64,000 bases of DNA from Octopus vulgaris (lineage: Eukaryota): contig OX597816.1 in NCBI GenBank assembly GCA_951406725.2, forward strand, positions 92,504,001 through 92,568,000, written 5' to 3'. A program made the position numbers and the translations under genes. Numbering within the stretch: position 1 is the stretch's first letter; each line of letters opens with the position of its first letter. A model generated the notes under the pieces. That model ran no database searches. It saw only the letters and a program-made list of their open reading frames with translations, and was not told the origin of the DNA. Below, piece after piece: positions 17,685-30,919 of this stretch.

Positions 17685-17735
<51 letters not shown>

Positions 17736-18315
17736 TATATAATGTGTGTGTGTCATTATGAACAGATGTTCCAGTTTTGTATATTTTGCGGTTGATTTGG
17801 AACGATAAATTTCCTGCATCTACAATCAACTTTTCTAGATCTTTACGGTAATATCAGATACCAAATATATTTGTCTTCTGTTTTGCTTAATTTATAGTAG
17901 TGGAGTTAATGTAGACTTTGTCGCCCAGAAGTATGACCGTTATGCTTCCATGTCATGGGCCATAGATTAGCTTTTTCCGTATGTATTTGTGAGCTTATGT
18001 TGGCATTGTATTGTGATGTGAATATTGTTTCTATGATTAATGGGTTAATTTTGTGGGAAATTTTATATAGTATGGATAGTTTGCACAGTACATTTTGCTA
18101 TAAAAATTTCGACTATATATTTTTGTAAGGATTGTCATTTATTTCGAAGTTTTGGTATCATCAAACTGTCTGATGATGGCTTCAAATGCAATATTTTCCT
18201 TCAAAAATTTTAATATGTACTCCACTAAAAAGGATTGAAAGATCCACCAGTTCGATGCTAAATTGAGTTCTATATATACTTCACATTAAAACAAACAATG
18301 TTAAAAAAAATTTAA

Positions 18316-18520
18316 TGTGGTGAGCTGGCCGAAACGTTAGCACGCCGGACAAAATGCTTGGCGTATTCGTTCGTCTTTACGTTATGATTAGAGATTCCGC
18401 AGAGGTCAACTCTGGTCTTCATCATTTTTGGGGGTCAATGAAATAAGTAGTAGTCGAGCACTGGGGTAATTTAATACACTTTCCCAAGATTGCTGGCCTT
18501 GTGCCAAAATTGAAACCAAT
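18316..18520 (+). mobile_element. Degenerate tRNA-SINE with MetaSINE-like central domain
   Basis: ggtgagctggccgaaacgttagcacgccgg head; degenerate cttcatcatttttggggtcaatgaaataagta. Confidence 0.7.
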
Positions 18521-20149
18521 GTGTGTGTGTGTATGTGTGTGCGTGCGTGTGTGCGTGCATGCGTGCGTGCGTGTCTGTGTTCGTATGCATGCGTATTTAA
18601 TGAAGTGGTGGTGTTTTCCTGCTTTGATTACATTGTTCAAGATAGTACTAGAATATAGTTAATATGTTCTAAAGCGATCTTAACTGAAAAGAAGCCTCAC
18701 CTGAAATATCACACAACACAAAGTCTTTGACTTTATTAAGTATAACTCTGATAATTTAGTAGCTTTGTTTGTAACACTGTTGGAATATGGTTTGTTAAGT
18801 GTGACAGTGTTATTTATTTATTTAATTTGTAGATTTTTCTTCTAACAGCATTCAAAATTGATATCATTTTCCATCCGTAGTTAAATGGTGTGACATCCTT
18901 TTTTAAAAGGGTACTATTCTGTTGTCTTCCCTTTTGTTAATTATCCGCAAGCAGAACTGCATGAGATATTCTACTTCATATTGAGATGAGTAGGAAAATA
19001 TCGATAATGGAAATCGTTGCAATTTCAACTACAGTTTTGTTCTGCTTTCAAAAGTGTTTAATTATTCTCTCTTTCACGCTCTAGATGTATCAAAATAATG
19101 TAGTAGAATAAAATTTATTTCAGGTCATGCGAATTCATATTTCGTGTACAACCGTGTTCTCAACCTATTTTACATTAGATATTGGATTGATTCGGTATAC
19201 TTCCCTTTGAGAGAATAAAAGAGCGTGTTTTATGTAGTTGTATTTAATATTTTTATTTCCTTTTATTGTTTAGTTAGGGAAGGAGGTTCTGTAGCCATTA
19301 TTGATTTGTATTTTTCAAGTATCTCCGAAATTGATGGGAGGATGTGTAGAAGTATTCCTCCGACAAGAGGACTATCCCGAATGTGAAAGAGCCTTTTCAA
19401 GGTGATACGCTAATGGCACTTAAGTGATGGGTAGACTTTTTAAGCTGGACGATAGTTGAAGCCAGCCGCTCACTCATTCAAAACCAAAAAGAGCCTAGAT
19501 AAATAGTGCAAGGCATTTTTGGCTATCATATCTATAATTTCACCATCTAGCACTGATAGTATTTTCTATCGACGCTGAAATGGTAAAAGTCAAAGTTTAT
19601 TTCGACGAAATTTTTGAACTTGAAACACAACGAACAGGTACATATAACGCAAAACATTTTATTCCTCTCTCTCTGAGGACTCTGGCAGTTCTACGCTTTA
19701 AAATGAAATTGTGTAAATTGTCATTTCTGCGACTGTCAATATCATACACGATACATGTATGACAACAAATTAACGATCGTGAAGAATCCTTGGTGGCTAA
19801 ATTATCACAAACTTAGTGAACATGTTACTAGCCAAAACAACTTAAAATCCGCTTGGTGATAACGATACCTCGTGTTCCTCTTTTCAATTTCAATGTTTGC
19901 ACTTCAAGTATTAATGTGCTTGCTATCGCTACTATTCAAACCTTAGCTTTTATTTTCCTAATAATTTACTAATTATTCAACTATTAAAACACACACATAC
20001 CTATACACAGACACATACACACATATCAATGTTTGTTTTTATGTTCAGTTATAATAAAAACAATTTTATTCTTAAACAAGATTATTACGTATAGTGCCTT
20101 CGAAGCTTCGGCTTAACTTCCTGTCTTCAGGTTATATATACATATTCCA

Positions 20150-20186
<37 letters not shown>

Positions 20187-20210
20187 AAAGCAGCAGAAAT
20201 ATAACAAATG

Positions 20211-20246
20211 CTGTTACTCAGTTTCATGTTCCCGTTCGTCGGACAG
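20211..20246 (-). ncRNA. Minimal type I HHR (CCGACGA core), slightly decayed, in a short island between (TA)n tracts
   Basis: CUGU-CCGACGA-acgggaacau-GAAA-CUGAG-UA/ACAG. Confidence 0.6.
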
Positions 20247-20247
20247 G

Positions 20248-20286
<39 letters not shown>

Positions 20287-20447
20287 TATATATATATACA
20301 GACATTACAAGACTATATGCTATCCAATACAATTATTTCGACGAGAATGTATATACATATGCATATCTACATCCATATGGGTATATGTACGTGTATATGT
20401 GTGTACATATATATTTACATTGTATATACGTTCTCACACACATATAC

Positions 20448-20493
<46 letters not shown>

Positions 20494-22343
20494 ACACACA
20501 CACGTATATATACAATAAATATATTTATCCCAAGATAGCTAGCCATTTCCTTTGATAGAATAAAATATTCAAATACGGGAATGGTTTGAAATTATTTTCG
20601 AACGATTAATTCAGATCAAAAGAGAAAATATACGTTCTCTATGATATTTTCAATAATTTTCGGAAATATAAAGTCTAAATTTGGAATATATTTTATTTGT
20701 ATTTGGGTGTTTTTCTTTCTTTCCTCCATGAATGGAACTTTACCGAAAGGAAATAATGAAAATAAATTACGAATATAATTAATTCAGATGTCCTAAATTT
20801 AGTAATGCCGTATTTTAAAATTTAGATTTACATCTGAAACTTCTCCAATTCTTGTTTTACTTATTAGATAATTGTGATATATTTTATTCTTCAAAATGTC
20901 AATTTTTATATGCAGCCCACTGTAATCCGATGACGCTTTCCAATAACCTTAAGATACCAATTTTGCCTTGCTAACATGACTAAGGCTGTATATAGATCTA
21001 ATTTTATTTTTATAGTCAAATCATGAAGACTATTCCCAATCATAATCTTGTTGAATTTGATATTTTTTGTCTTGCTATATATCATATATTTGTTTCTTGT
21101 TGCTGCATAAAACTTTGACGGTGGAAAAGAATTTTTTTATCTGTCAGGAATCATATTTTTATGGGGCAGTTTCTACGTAAAAAAACTCTGTTGAAATGAA
21201 TTGTCTGAACAATACTACAGTTAAATTTGCAACCATATTTGTTAGTAAATTGAAAACAGAATATAGTAAATTTATATTTGATTATGTATGTGTAACATGT
21301 TAGAGAATTCAACACATGCACCAAGATTTTCTTATTTTTAATTCTACGTCATAGAACAAATAAACAAATCTTAAGTTTTCATTTATAAAGATGAATTCAT
21401 CTTAGCGAGCATTAAAATGTCAAAATTTTTGTGTGCGTAATATCCGTATACCCTAGCGGCTAATAGTTAAAATCTAATATTATACAGATTATCGAACAAG
21501 ATTGACGAATAGCTTATGATGTACTTAAACCAGTTTTCATTCACACAGAATACTCTACGTACATAGACGTTTCTCAAATCTATAGTTGCCATATGTTAGA
21601 GACCGTAACTCGTATTGTAAAAGTTGTATCGTCTAGACAAATGTGTCCCTTGTAAGATAATATTAAGGATTCAATGAAGAATATCGGATGTGGAATATAA
21701 TGAAACCTATTGCATCCTTAATCTTTAAACGGCGGACACTATCAATTGATGTTTCAAAATATTTTACATTGATACGGCCATTATCAACATAAAAGTGAAT
21801 GCTTTACGGCACCTTTCGATATTGTGTGAGAGACTGACAGTGATTGTAATTTTTGTACTTATTTAAAGAGAAAATAAGCATAAGAATTACCCTTAAAAAA
21901 GATATTTGTTTTGTTTTTAGCTGTTTGGCACACACATTCATGCAACCCTATCTCTCTATTTAAAGGGTAGTGAGCAGGTACATGTCCACAATTCGATAAT
22001 GATATTTCTTAGCAACTGGTAAGCTTCTCGTAATCAGAGATATGTATCCAATTATCCAAGATTACACCACCGTTTTCAATGTTAATTCGAGAAAGTTACG
22101 GACATCATATCTTACATTTTCATCTCATATCAATCGTAAGTCCTTTGAATGTGAGCAAGACAATTAACTCGATTTATTTAAATTATCCTTGTTTAACAAA
22201 GAATGCTTTTTTTCTAGATCATATTTGAGACTATGAATGTGTATATAAAAATGGTTTACCGTTAACATTTTATGAGCATATATCAAAGTTAACTTTTAAA
22301 AATAGAAAACTAATTAAAATTCATCCTCCTCTTGCTTGCTGTT

Positions 22344-22389
22344 AACACAACGTTTCGGCTGATATACCCTCCAGCCTTCATCAGATGTC
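22344..22389 (-). ncRNA. Minimal type I HHR, inverted copy
   Basis: GACAU-CUGAUGA-aGGCUG...CAGCC-GAAACGUU/GUGUU. Confidence 0.75.
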
Positions 22390-22483
22390 CTGGGTTCTCA
22401 TTCCTAAGGTATTTTTCGATGTTGTTGTTGGTGGTGGTGTTCTTCTTCTTCTTCTTCTTCTTCTTCTTCTTCTTCTTCTTCTT

Positions 22484-22571
<88 letters not shown>

Positions 22572-22743
22572 GAACGGGCATATTGTGTAGTGGTTACGAG
22601 TGTGGGCTACTAACCTCCAGATTCCGTGTTCGATTCCAGGCAGTAACATGAATAACAACAACAACAATAATAATAATAATAATAATGATAATAACATCGA
22701 AAAATACCTTAGGAATGAGAACCCAGGTTTGAAATTTCCCCCA

Positions 22744-22789
22744 AACACCTGATGAAGGCTGGAAGGTATATCAGCCGAAACGTTGTGTT
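22744..22789 (+). ncRNA. Minimal type I HHR
   Basis: AACAC-CUGAUGA-aGGCUG(gaagguauau)CAGCC-GAAA-CG-UU/GUGUU; stem III reduced to palindrome AACGUU. Confidence 0.85.
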
Positions 22790-23236
22790 AACAACAAACA
22801 AGATGAGGACAAATATCCGTCAAATGTAAATAATGTACATAATTCCTAATCTTTTAAATATAGAACTGTATTAAGAAAAATTAGTTTTAAAAACATTTAT
22901 CGAAAACAACATTTTTTAACATATATTTAATATTAATATATTAAAATATTTACAAATGCTAATTTCTGGAAACATTTTCTGTAATATTCAATCAGAATCT
23001 GGTTGTTAATTGAATTGATTACTACTCGCTTATCAAATAATATTAATTAACAGAGAAAGTAAATAGTATAGATTTTACAACTTTCAATATTTGCTATCAT
23101 GTTCATCTTGTTAGCATGTTATCACTGTGGTTTGGAAAAGTGTAAATAATCTTTACAGGTAATCACAATTTCAAATAACTGAATGAAATTCCAAATATTT
23201 GTGATGATTTATTCTCCAGAAATTACTTCCAAAATA

Positions 23237-23412
23237 TTGGTTTCAAATTTTGACACAAGGCCAGCAATTTCCATGGAGCGGTAAGTCGATTACATCGACC
23301 CCAGTGCTCAACTGGTACTTATTTTATCGACCCCGGAAGGATGAAAGGCAATGTCGACCTTGGCAAAACTTGAACTCAAATCGCACTAACGATTCTGCCA
23401 GCTCGCCACCTT
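23237..23412 (-). mobile_element. tRNA-SINE with MetaSINE-like domain
   Basis: ggtacttattttatcgaccccggaaggatgaaaggc; ends ctgccagctcgccacctt. Confidence 0.8.
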
Positions 23413-23611
23413 AATTACTTCCAAAATATTGCCAGAGATATATTTTACTTACCAACTTGCGCGGAAACAAGTCAACAAGCAGAATAGCTCAGTATTACAA
23501 CATTTGTTTTTTTTTTTTACCTACAGATCTAAACAAGATTTATTTCGCAATTCTTTTTTATGCGTACTTTGTAAAATAACTATAAATAGCAATGGGGTAT
23601 ATCTAGTAAAT

Positions 23612-23830
23612 AAGGCGGCGAGCTGGCAGAAACGTTAGCACGCTGGACGAAATGCTTAGCGGTATTGCGTCTGGCGTTACGTTCTGAGTTCAAATTCCGC
23701 CGAGGTCGATTTTGCCTTTCATCCTTTCGGGGTCGATAAATTAAGTACCAGTTACGCACTGGAGTCGATATAATCGACTTAATCCGTTTGTCCTCTCTGT
23801 GTTTATCCCCTTGTGGGTAGTAAAGAAATA
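23612..23830 (+). mobile_element. tRNA-SINE with MetaSINE-like domain
   Basis: aaggcggcgagctggcagaaacgttagc...gagttcaaattcc...gcctttcatcctttcggggtcgataaattaagtacc. Confidence 0.85.
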
Positions 23831-24090
23831 GGTATATCTAGTAAATTCCAAAGAAAAACATCCGGCTATAAATGAATTTTTGTTTCAAAAAAGAAAAAAA
23901 AAATTGAAGCTTATGACAACTTTAAGAGCAATCCGAAATGTGTACTGGAGAGATAAGTTCAGAACAACTTGACTTTTGGACGCTTTTGGACTGGAGAAAG
24001 CATGTTTTTAAAAATAATGATTATCACATAATAATTTTTTTTATGACAAACCCATTTCTATCTTTACTTGAAACAATTATCCATCATTCA

Positions 24091-25386
24091 TACGAGGGGC
24101 GTTCAATAAGTAATGCCTCTGACCCACTTCCCATAGCAGTAGAGCAACGAAACTTGGCACAGTTATTAGTCTTTTACTACATAGGAATCACCCAGAGTTA
24201 TGCATTTCTCCCATCGTTTGATGCAGCTCTGGAGACCGTTTTTATAGAAGACCTCAGCTTGGTCCTCCAACCACGACGTGACTTCAGAAATCAAGGCTGC
24301 ATCATCTGGGAAAAACTTTCCTTTCAAAAACAACTTCATGGCTGGGAAGAGGTGAAAATCAGAGGGTGCAAGGTCAGGAGAGTAGGGGTGATGGGGGAGG
24401 AGTTCATAGCCGCACGCCTGTGCTTCTGATCTGGCGACACGCGAGTTGTGGACCGGAGCGTTGTCCTGCAAGAGGAGGATGCCTTTGCCTGATCTTGCCC
24501 CGCCTCTTGATTTTGATAGCTTCTCTTAATTTCCTCAAAAGTGAAGCATAATAGGCTCCTGTAATTGTGGTACCCTTTGCCAGGAAATCTGTCATCACTA
24601 CTCCGTCCTGGTCCCAGAAGACTGTGAGCATGACCTTGCCAGCGGAGGGTTGCACCCTTGCCTTCTTTGGAGGGGTGAGTCACGGTGCTTCCACTGCATT
24701 GTCTGGGCTTTGGTCTCTGGATCATAGTGATGGACCCAGGTTTCATCCTGTGTAATCAGTCTTTTGAAAAATTTTGACTCATCTTCTTGGCACATCTCCA
24801 AATTCATCCTCGAGCACTCGACGCGTTCTTGCTTCTGGAAAGGTGTGAGCAACATGGGAATCCATCTGGCAGACACCTTTTGCATATGCAAATGGTCATG
24901 AATGATAGTTTCCACAGACCCGGTACTAATCTTGACCTCATGGGCTATTTGGCGAATAGTTATGGGTCGATCTTCCAAAATGGCAGCCTCAACTTGACGG
25001 ACAGATGCCTCATCAATGGCAGAAGGGGACGACCAGATCTGGGAGCTGTTTCCACAGAGTTCCGACCATGTTTGAATTCACGATGCCAGCGTTTTACAAG
25101 GTCATATGATGGGGCATCATCACCATAAGTTACTTTCATTTCATCAAAAGTCTCCCGTGGTGTGCGTCCTTTCAAATACAAAAACCGGATCACTGCTCGA
25201 CACTCAACAGGCTCCATTTCACACTTGACTCAGTTCAAACACCTGTAAATCAGAAACCACAATTAGTTCAGAGCTGTAATTTGTCACGTACTCTATAGAG
25301 ATATAAATAATTGCACATGAAAACTTTCAGCTAGATCAAACAACTGCAAGTGGGTCAGAGGCATTACTTATTGAACGCCCCTCGTA
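24091..25386 (-). mobile_element. Full-length mariner (DD34D) with TIRs and TA TSD
   Basis: Matching ~39 bp TIRs tacgaggggcgttcaataagtaatgcctctgacccactt at both ends. Confidence 0.97.
24166..25217 (-). pseudogene. Mariner transposase, frameshifted
   Basis: MEPVECRAVIRFL, ITQDETWVHHYDPE, QDNAPVH, YSPDLAPSDFHLF split over four ORFs. Confidence 0.95.
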
Positions 25387-26829
25387 TATTCGAATTTTTA
25401 CTATTGCACATTTGCCATCATCTAACAATTCCAAACCACACACTCACGCCCCCCCCACACACACACATACACACACATACACACACACGCGCGCACACAC
25501 ACACACATATATATTCAGAGGGAAGAATTAACATGACAAATCTTTTCGGAGCCATATAACGTATAAATTACATGTCTTCGTCCGAATTACAGGTCATATT
25601 TCGTGGTGAGTCAGTTTAAGGATATTGCCAATTATAACAGGGAAAGGATCAAGAACCCAGATTCAATTTCGCCTTCAATGTGAACTTTAATCTTCCTTAG
25701 TTAACGAGAAACGAACAATCTGTCTCGCCGGATTTTCCTATGATTCGTTATTCTGCGTTAGGATCCTCTCTATCAATTATTATCCAAAAATAATCTTCAA
25801 AATCCAGACACGGATGTGAATTTTAATTGGAAATGCACATATTTTAATCCGACTTTGGATAGAAACGTTTCTAAGGTAGGTTGTTATAAATTCTTTGTAG
25901 TTCGTAAATCTAGATTAATTATACACAATAACTTAATGTCCTTTTACAATTTCAGTCGTTAACGTCCGTAATTTAATATTTATAGCTAGTATAAATTTCT
26001 ATAAATGACTTAATTATAATTGCAATTATTACTTGCCACGAGTACCCTCGTTGAAGTGAAGAGAACCTTCCGACGCAAATGACATTTTGATTTATCAAAT
26101 ACCATTCAATAATATTTCATGAGGTAAATGTCATACTAACGTTGTCATAAAGCTATTCATATATGATAAATTAGTATTTGGTCAATTGTTATTATATTAA
26201 ATAAACTATAGTAATTATTTCATAGAAATTCCTTACTCGTATCTAAAATGTTTTATGTTGACTGGTAAATGATGTGAAGATATTACATCATCAATCACTT
26301 TTAATATTTATCTTGCTAAGTATTAATGTTTTCCGATAATATTTCATTAGCTGTTGAAAGAAATGATTTGATAGGATGCAATATCTGATGCTATAAATTA
26401 ATAAGTCACATTCAATTCATTTAGTAGCATCTTTGAAACCACTACTCTCCAAGAGCTTCCAAAAACGCATGGATAGTGTTGATCCTTCAGTGATAATAAA
26501 AAATATAAATGAAATCATGGTCGATGGGCTTTTTTATCAGAATGATTACCGTCTAAATTTGAGAAAATGCATGTTAAGTCAGTTATTCCATATCCCATGT
26601 CATTGTTAATGTGTAATGTAGAATAATGTTGGTTATGCACGCACAAAATACAAATTTTAAGCATTTTTATGAAATGATTTTTTAAGTAAGTAACATACGG
26701 GAAATTATAGATATATTTAGCTTTAAACTGAAGCTGTTATCTCTTATGAGAATTGTAATTTATTTGAGATATTGTGTTGCGTTAAACGGTAACCATTTAC
26801 AGAAATTTAATTCTTTAATATTTTTATAA

Positions 26830-28060
26830 TTATGAAGCTGATATAGAAGTGAAGTGGGAAGTAATGTAATCAATTACCCCTGGCTTGGCTTCGCAAAGAA
26901 GATTTACTGAGGGTGATGTCCTCGTCTGTTTCAGGCTTGTTGATGCGCGACAAGCCCGAATCAAACTAAACAGGCATGACTGCAGAAGCTGGAAAGGTAT
27001 GTTCATCCGGGCTGGTTGTAGCTTTTTCTCTATTTTCTCTCGTCTGAAAGCATGGTTTTGCAGTATCTCCAAAGGAGCCTATTGACCTAACGACAATGTG
27101 GCACCAAACGTCATGACCAGAGTCAACAACAGGTCACTGGTGGTGATCAATGTGCAGGCACTGAGAAATTTCTTTAGGGAATCCTTCTACCGCTTCTTTG
27201 ATACCCTCTTACACGGTGACCAGAGGAAAGTTCGCTATACACCGTGATGTTGGGAAGTCGGTGATCGTCCATCAAGGTAACTTGCCCTGCCCAGAGTAGC
27301 TGTATCTTCAGAAGAATTACTTCGAAGCTGGGATCTATCACCTGCTCTACGACACTGACGTTAATGACAAAATCACTCCAGAGGATGCCGTACATAATAC
27401 GAAAGCAACCATGACGGAATAGCCCAATGCGTTGTAGGTGGGCTGATAGATGCCCCATAACTCTGAGTCATACAAGAGAGTGGTCAGAACATTAGTTATT
27501 AAACACGAATCTGATCACTTTCTTCGGTTGTTTATTGTTCCAGACTTTAGTACGAGCTACCGAATGCAGTTTGTCTTGGCCAATTGTCAGCTTCCTTGTT
27601 GATTGTGGCAGCTGGGTAAGTGAACGAGTTAAGTTTCCACGATGAAGATATGGAAGTGGTGGTGTTTTAGTTATGGTGGAGGTTGATGGAGGACTTTTGC
27701 TTTCTTTAAAATGACTTTTAGGTCAAAGTGCCTGACAGATTCTGTAAGGCAAGAGTTGATGCGTTACAGGACTGTCCCTTTGTGAGCAATAGGGACAGTA
27801 TCGTCTAAGAAATGTAACTGTTGGATTGGCTGTATCAGTGTTTGCGTGTGAGCTTGTAGCCACCTTAGGTTGAAAAGTCTCCCATCAATATGGTACCGAA
27901 TGTAGATACCATCTTCATCATTGAGGTTCTTCAATGGTTTGCGGGAAAATCATACTGAAGAATATGGTGGAAAATATCAGTTTGTGGACACAACTTTACT
28001 TCACCCCGTTGTCAGTGGAAAAGGGTGCAGATAAATCGTTGTTATGCCAGACCTAACTCT
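26830..28060 (-). pseudogene. RTE-clade LINE 3' RT relic
   Basis: NGVK*SCV, YIRYHIDGRLFNLR and DDHRLPNITVYSELSSGHR motifs. Confidence 0.75.
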
Positions 28061-28266
28061 CTTTCTCTCTTCCTCTCTCTCTCCCTCCCTCCCTCTCTCT
28101 CCCCCTCCCATCTCTCTCCCCCTCCCTCCCTCTCTCTCTATATATATATATAGAGAGAGAGAGAGAAAGAGAGAAAGAGAGATAAGGAAAGAAATAGACC
28201 AACAATTAACAATTAAAAGCTGATCATTGGTATTAAAAGGTCATAGTTTAATTCTAGTTCAAGAAA

Positions 28267-28337
28267 ATTTACAGCTGTTTTAGTTTGCTATTTCGAAGTA
28301 AGTATGCATTTAATCATGTAACAGACTTCGTCAGAAT
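28267..28337 (-). ncRNA. Type I HHR with G12->A lesion
   Basis: AUU-CUGACGA-agucuguua...uagcaaacu-AAAA-CAGCUG-UA/AAU; stem II 8/9. Confidence 0.6.
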
Positions 28338-30735
28338 GATTTAGAGTTTATCGGAGGAATATAGATAGGAGAAAAGAAAGAGGAAAAAAGGAAAATAGGA
28401 AAAAGTTCGTTAAGTCTTTAGGCTTACGTTTTTGTGCCCTTTTTGTGTTCCACGCTGTGTGCATTTCTTCAATTAGACGGTTGCATAACCTCTAACTCAT
28501 AATTTTATATATATATATATATATGTATATTCACTGGAAGAATATTCATGTTGTTAGTTCTAATCCTATCAAGTTAAACTGTTGTATTTTCTTCTCGGAG
28601 TCTATAGTCTATGCACCAAATAATTGTGCTGTGATGGGATATTATGTGAAGATAACATACCCGTATCTATATTTGTAGAAGTGAACAGAATACATTTTGA
28701 GGCAACACAACTATCATCTATCTCTCTTCTGCTTTGGAGTCAAATGAAATTATCTATGAATAAATATTCTGATTAAACATTGTATATTATCTGTAGTAGC
28801 TGTAATATTGTTTCAATAATAATATTAACACATATAGGCGACAATGTTTTACTGGTTTTGGCCTGACGGTACAAGAGATAGTGTTAGGTGACCCACTGAG
28901 GTTAAAGGCACGAGAGTTAAGTCTGGCCATCTACAATACCACGTAGAAAGAATAGCTGGATGATGCGCTAAACTAAATGAAAACAAAGAAATCGTATGAT
29001 CCGTAATGTCAATTATGAATTATGCATTAGTGTATGTATTATTCACTTATGAACCATCTCAATACTATTTCACTCTAAGCTTGACATCATTGTCCTATTT
29101 TGTTAAGAATTCGAGGTTTTCTTCTCTAAGTGAACAAGTAACAATTGCGAAAATCGATATTCAACCTCATTCTAACAGAATATTATGCTTTTCGTCAGCA
29201 GTGTATTTTTATTTTAAGTATATAAACAAAACCATCTTTACATCTTCGAAAGCTTTTATCTAAAATAAATAAATAGTTATTTTATCGACAATTCTTCAAC
29301 CTATAGATTCAAAGGACAAAAGCTGGGCGCAGGCTATTGTTGGTTGCTGAAATTTCTTTCTTATCTATATCAATTCCTTTTATCGATTTCATAAAACAAT
29401 TTGCATTTTGCAGTTCATAAACTTGCATTAGAATGTCTTTCATGAAAGTCTACTTTACCACAGTACAGCATTTCGAGCGAACTTTTTATTATGTCCAAAA
29501 AATTGTTACTGTTTTATTGTGGTGCAGAAAATATAACTGCATCAATTTATAATTTTAATTTGCATTTTAATGCAAAATTATTTCTAATTATTTTAAATTA
29601 TCCTGAATAGTTCTTGGATATTGTTTAATTAAAAGAAATAATTTATATCAAAGCAATTTTATTAAGTAAAATATATGGGTGTTTACTGCTTTGTGAATGT
29701 GAATAACACAAAAATACGGTTTATTTGGCTCTAAGACGAAGCTCAAGACCTTCTATGTGCCTGAAGTAAGTGAAAATCAATAGAGTGTATTGTTCTCATC
29801 ACAAGAAGTTCAATACCTTCTCTGATGCCTTTAATGCTATGAAGGAATATAGATGTATAAATCAATAATTGTAATATAATTATTTCGCAAGTTTTCATCA
29901 AGAATGAAGTTATTTCCAACGATTCCTAGTTTATATATCTATTCCTAACATTAGTACAAAACCATATATTTGTTGAGGCAGGCTTTACATTATGCTCCTT
30001 AGTTTATCAGAAATCGAGCCTAAATTCAGATCGAGCAGGTGTATTTTAATATTCTGCTTTGACTCTTGTGCGCGAGTATTTAAATAATAGAAAAACAATA
30101 TAAAGAAGAAGACTTTCTTAACATACTTTATGAAGTAGTTGAAAGATTTACCCTGATTTCCTACTGGGATTTTGTTTCTTTCTATTGTTGGAGAGTAATT
30201 TATAACGAAGTTTGAATTGATTAATAGTAAATTCACACTGTTTTCTTGAATATCAAATATATCATTATATTGTTTTATACATGAACAAAAATTGGAACTG
30301 CATTCGAATTTTACACTTTTATTGTTTGGAAATATCAATAACTTCGGTCCTACACTGTAGCGTGAAAGTTGGATTATTTGAAATGACTAATTTATTATTC
30401 TCATTGTTAATATACTGCATTTTACCAACATTAATATCCTCATGGCTTTGACATGATCTAGAACGTGAAAACTGAATTAGGCACAAACGTACACACAAAT
30501 GCACACATGCACACGTACACACATGCACACGTGCACATATGCAAAGATATATACATAAAATTCTACAAATGCCCTAGCAACGGATACCTTGTATGTCTAT
30601 TATAATCGCTCTTCATTTTCTAAATTTATTTTGTTTATTTTCAAATATCTATTGCCGTTTCTAAATTTGTTCGAATTCTCCCAGCTCTGCTATATGTGTA
30701 TATAATATGTACTTCTATCTACCTACCTACCTGCA

Positions 30736-30919
<184 letters not shown>

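Larger units (their letters stand above)
16510..17688 (+). mobile_element. HHR element: partial tandem (588 nt period) preceded by a ~520 bp inverted copy, between (TA)n tracts
   Basis: 17032-17100 repeated at 17620-17688; 16510-17032 is the reverse complement of 17269-17620 joined to 17032-17203. Confidence 0.88.
22324..22870 (+). mobile_element. tRNA-head + (AAT)n + HHR element with inverted 5' copy
   Basis: tRNA-like head 22576-22645 (A box tgtgtagtggtt, B box gttcgattcc 22628-22637); inverted arm 22324-22430; tail ends aatatagaactgta, as at 48080. Confidence 0.8.

Noticed and set aside
17750-18300. Faint Penelope RT-like words on the minus strand (LSILYKISH)
   Set aside because: Single weak motif
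20095-20138. CTGAAGA on the minus strand
   Set aside because: Followed by GAAG with no convincing stems
22576-22645. tRNA gene
   Set aside because: Acceptor stem does not close; treated as a SINE head, as is 5281
29985-30338. 117-aa ORF
   Set aside because: AT-rich, no recognisable domain or splice support
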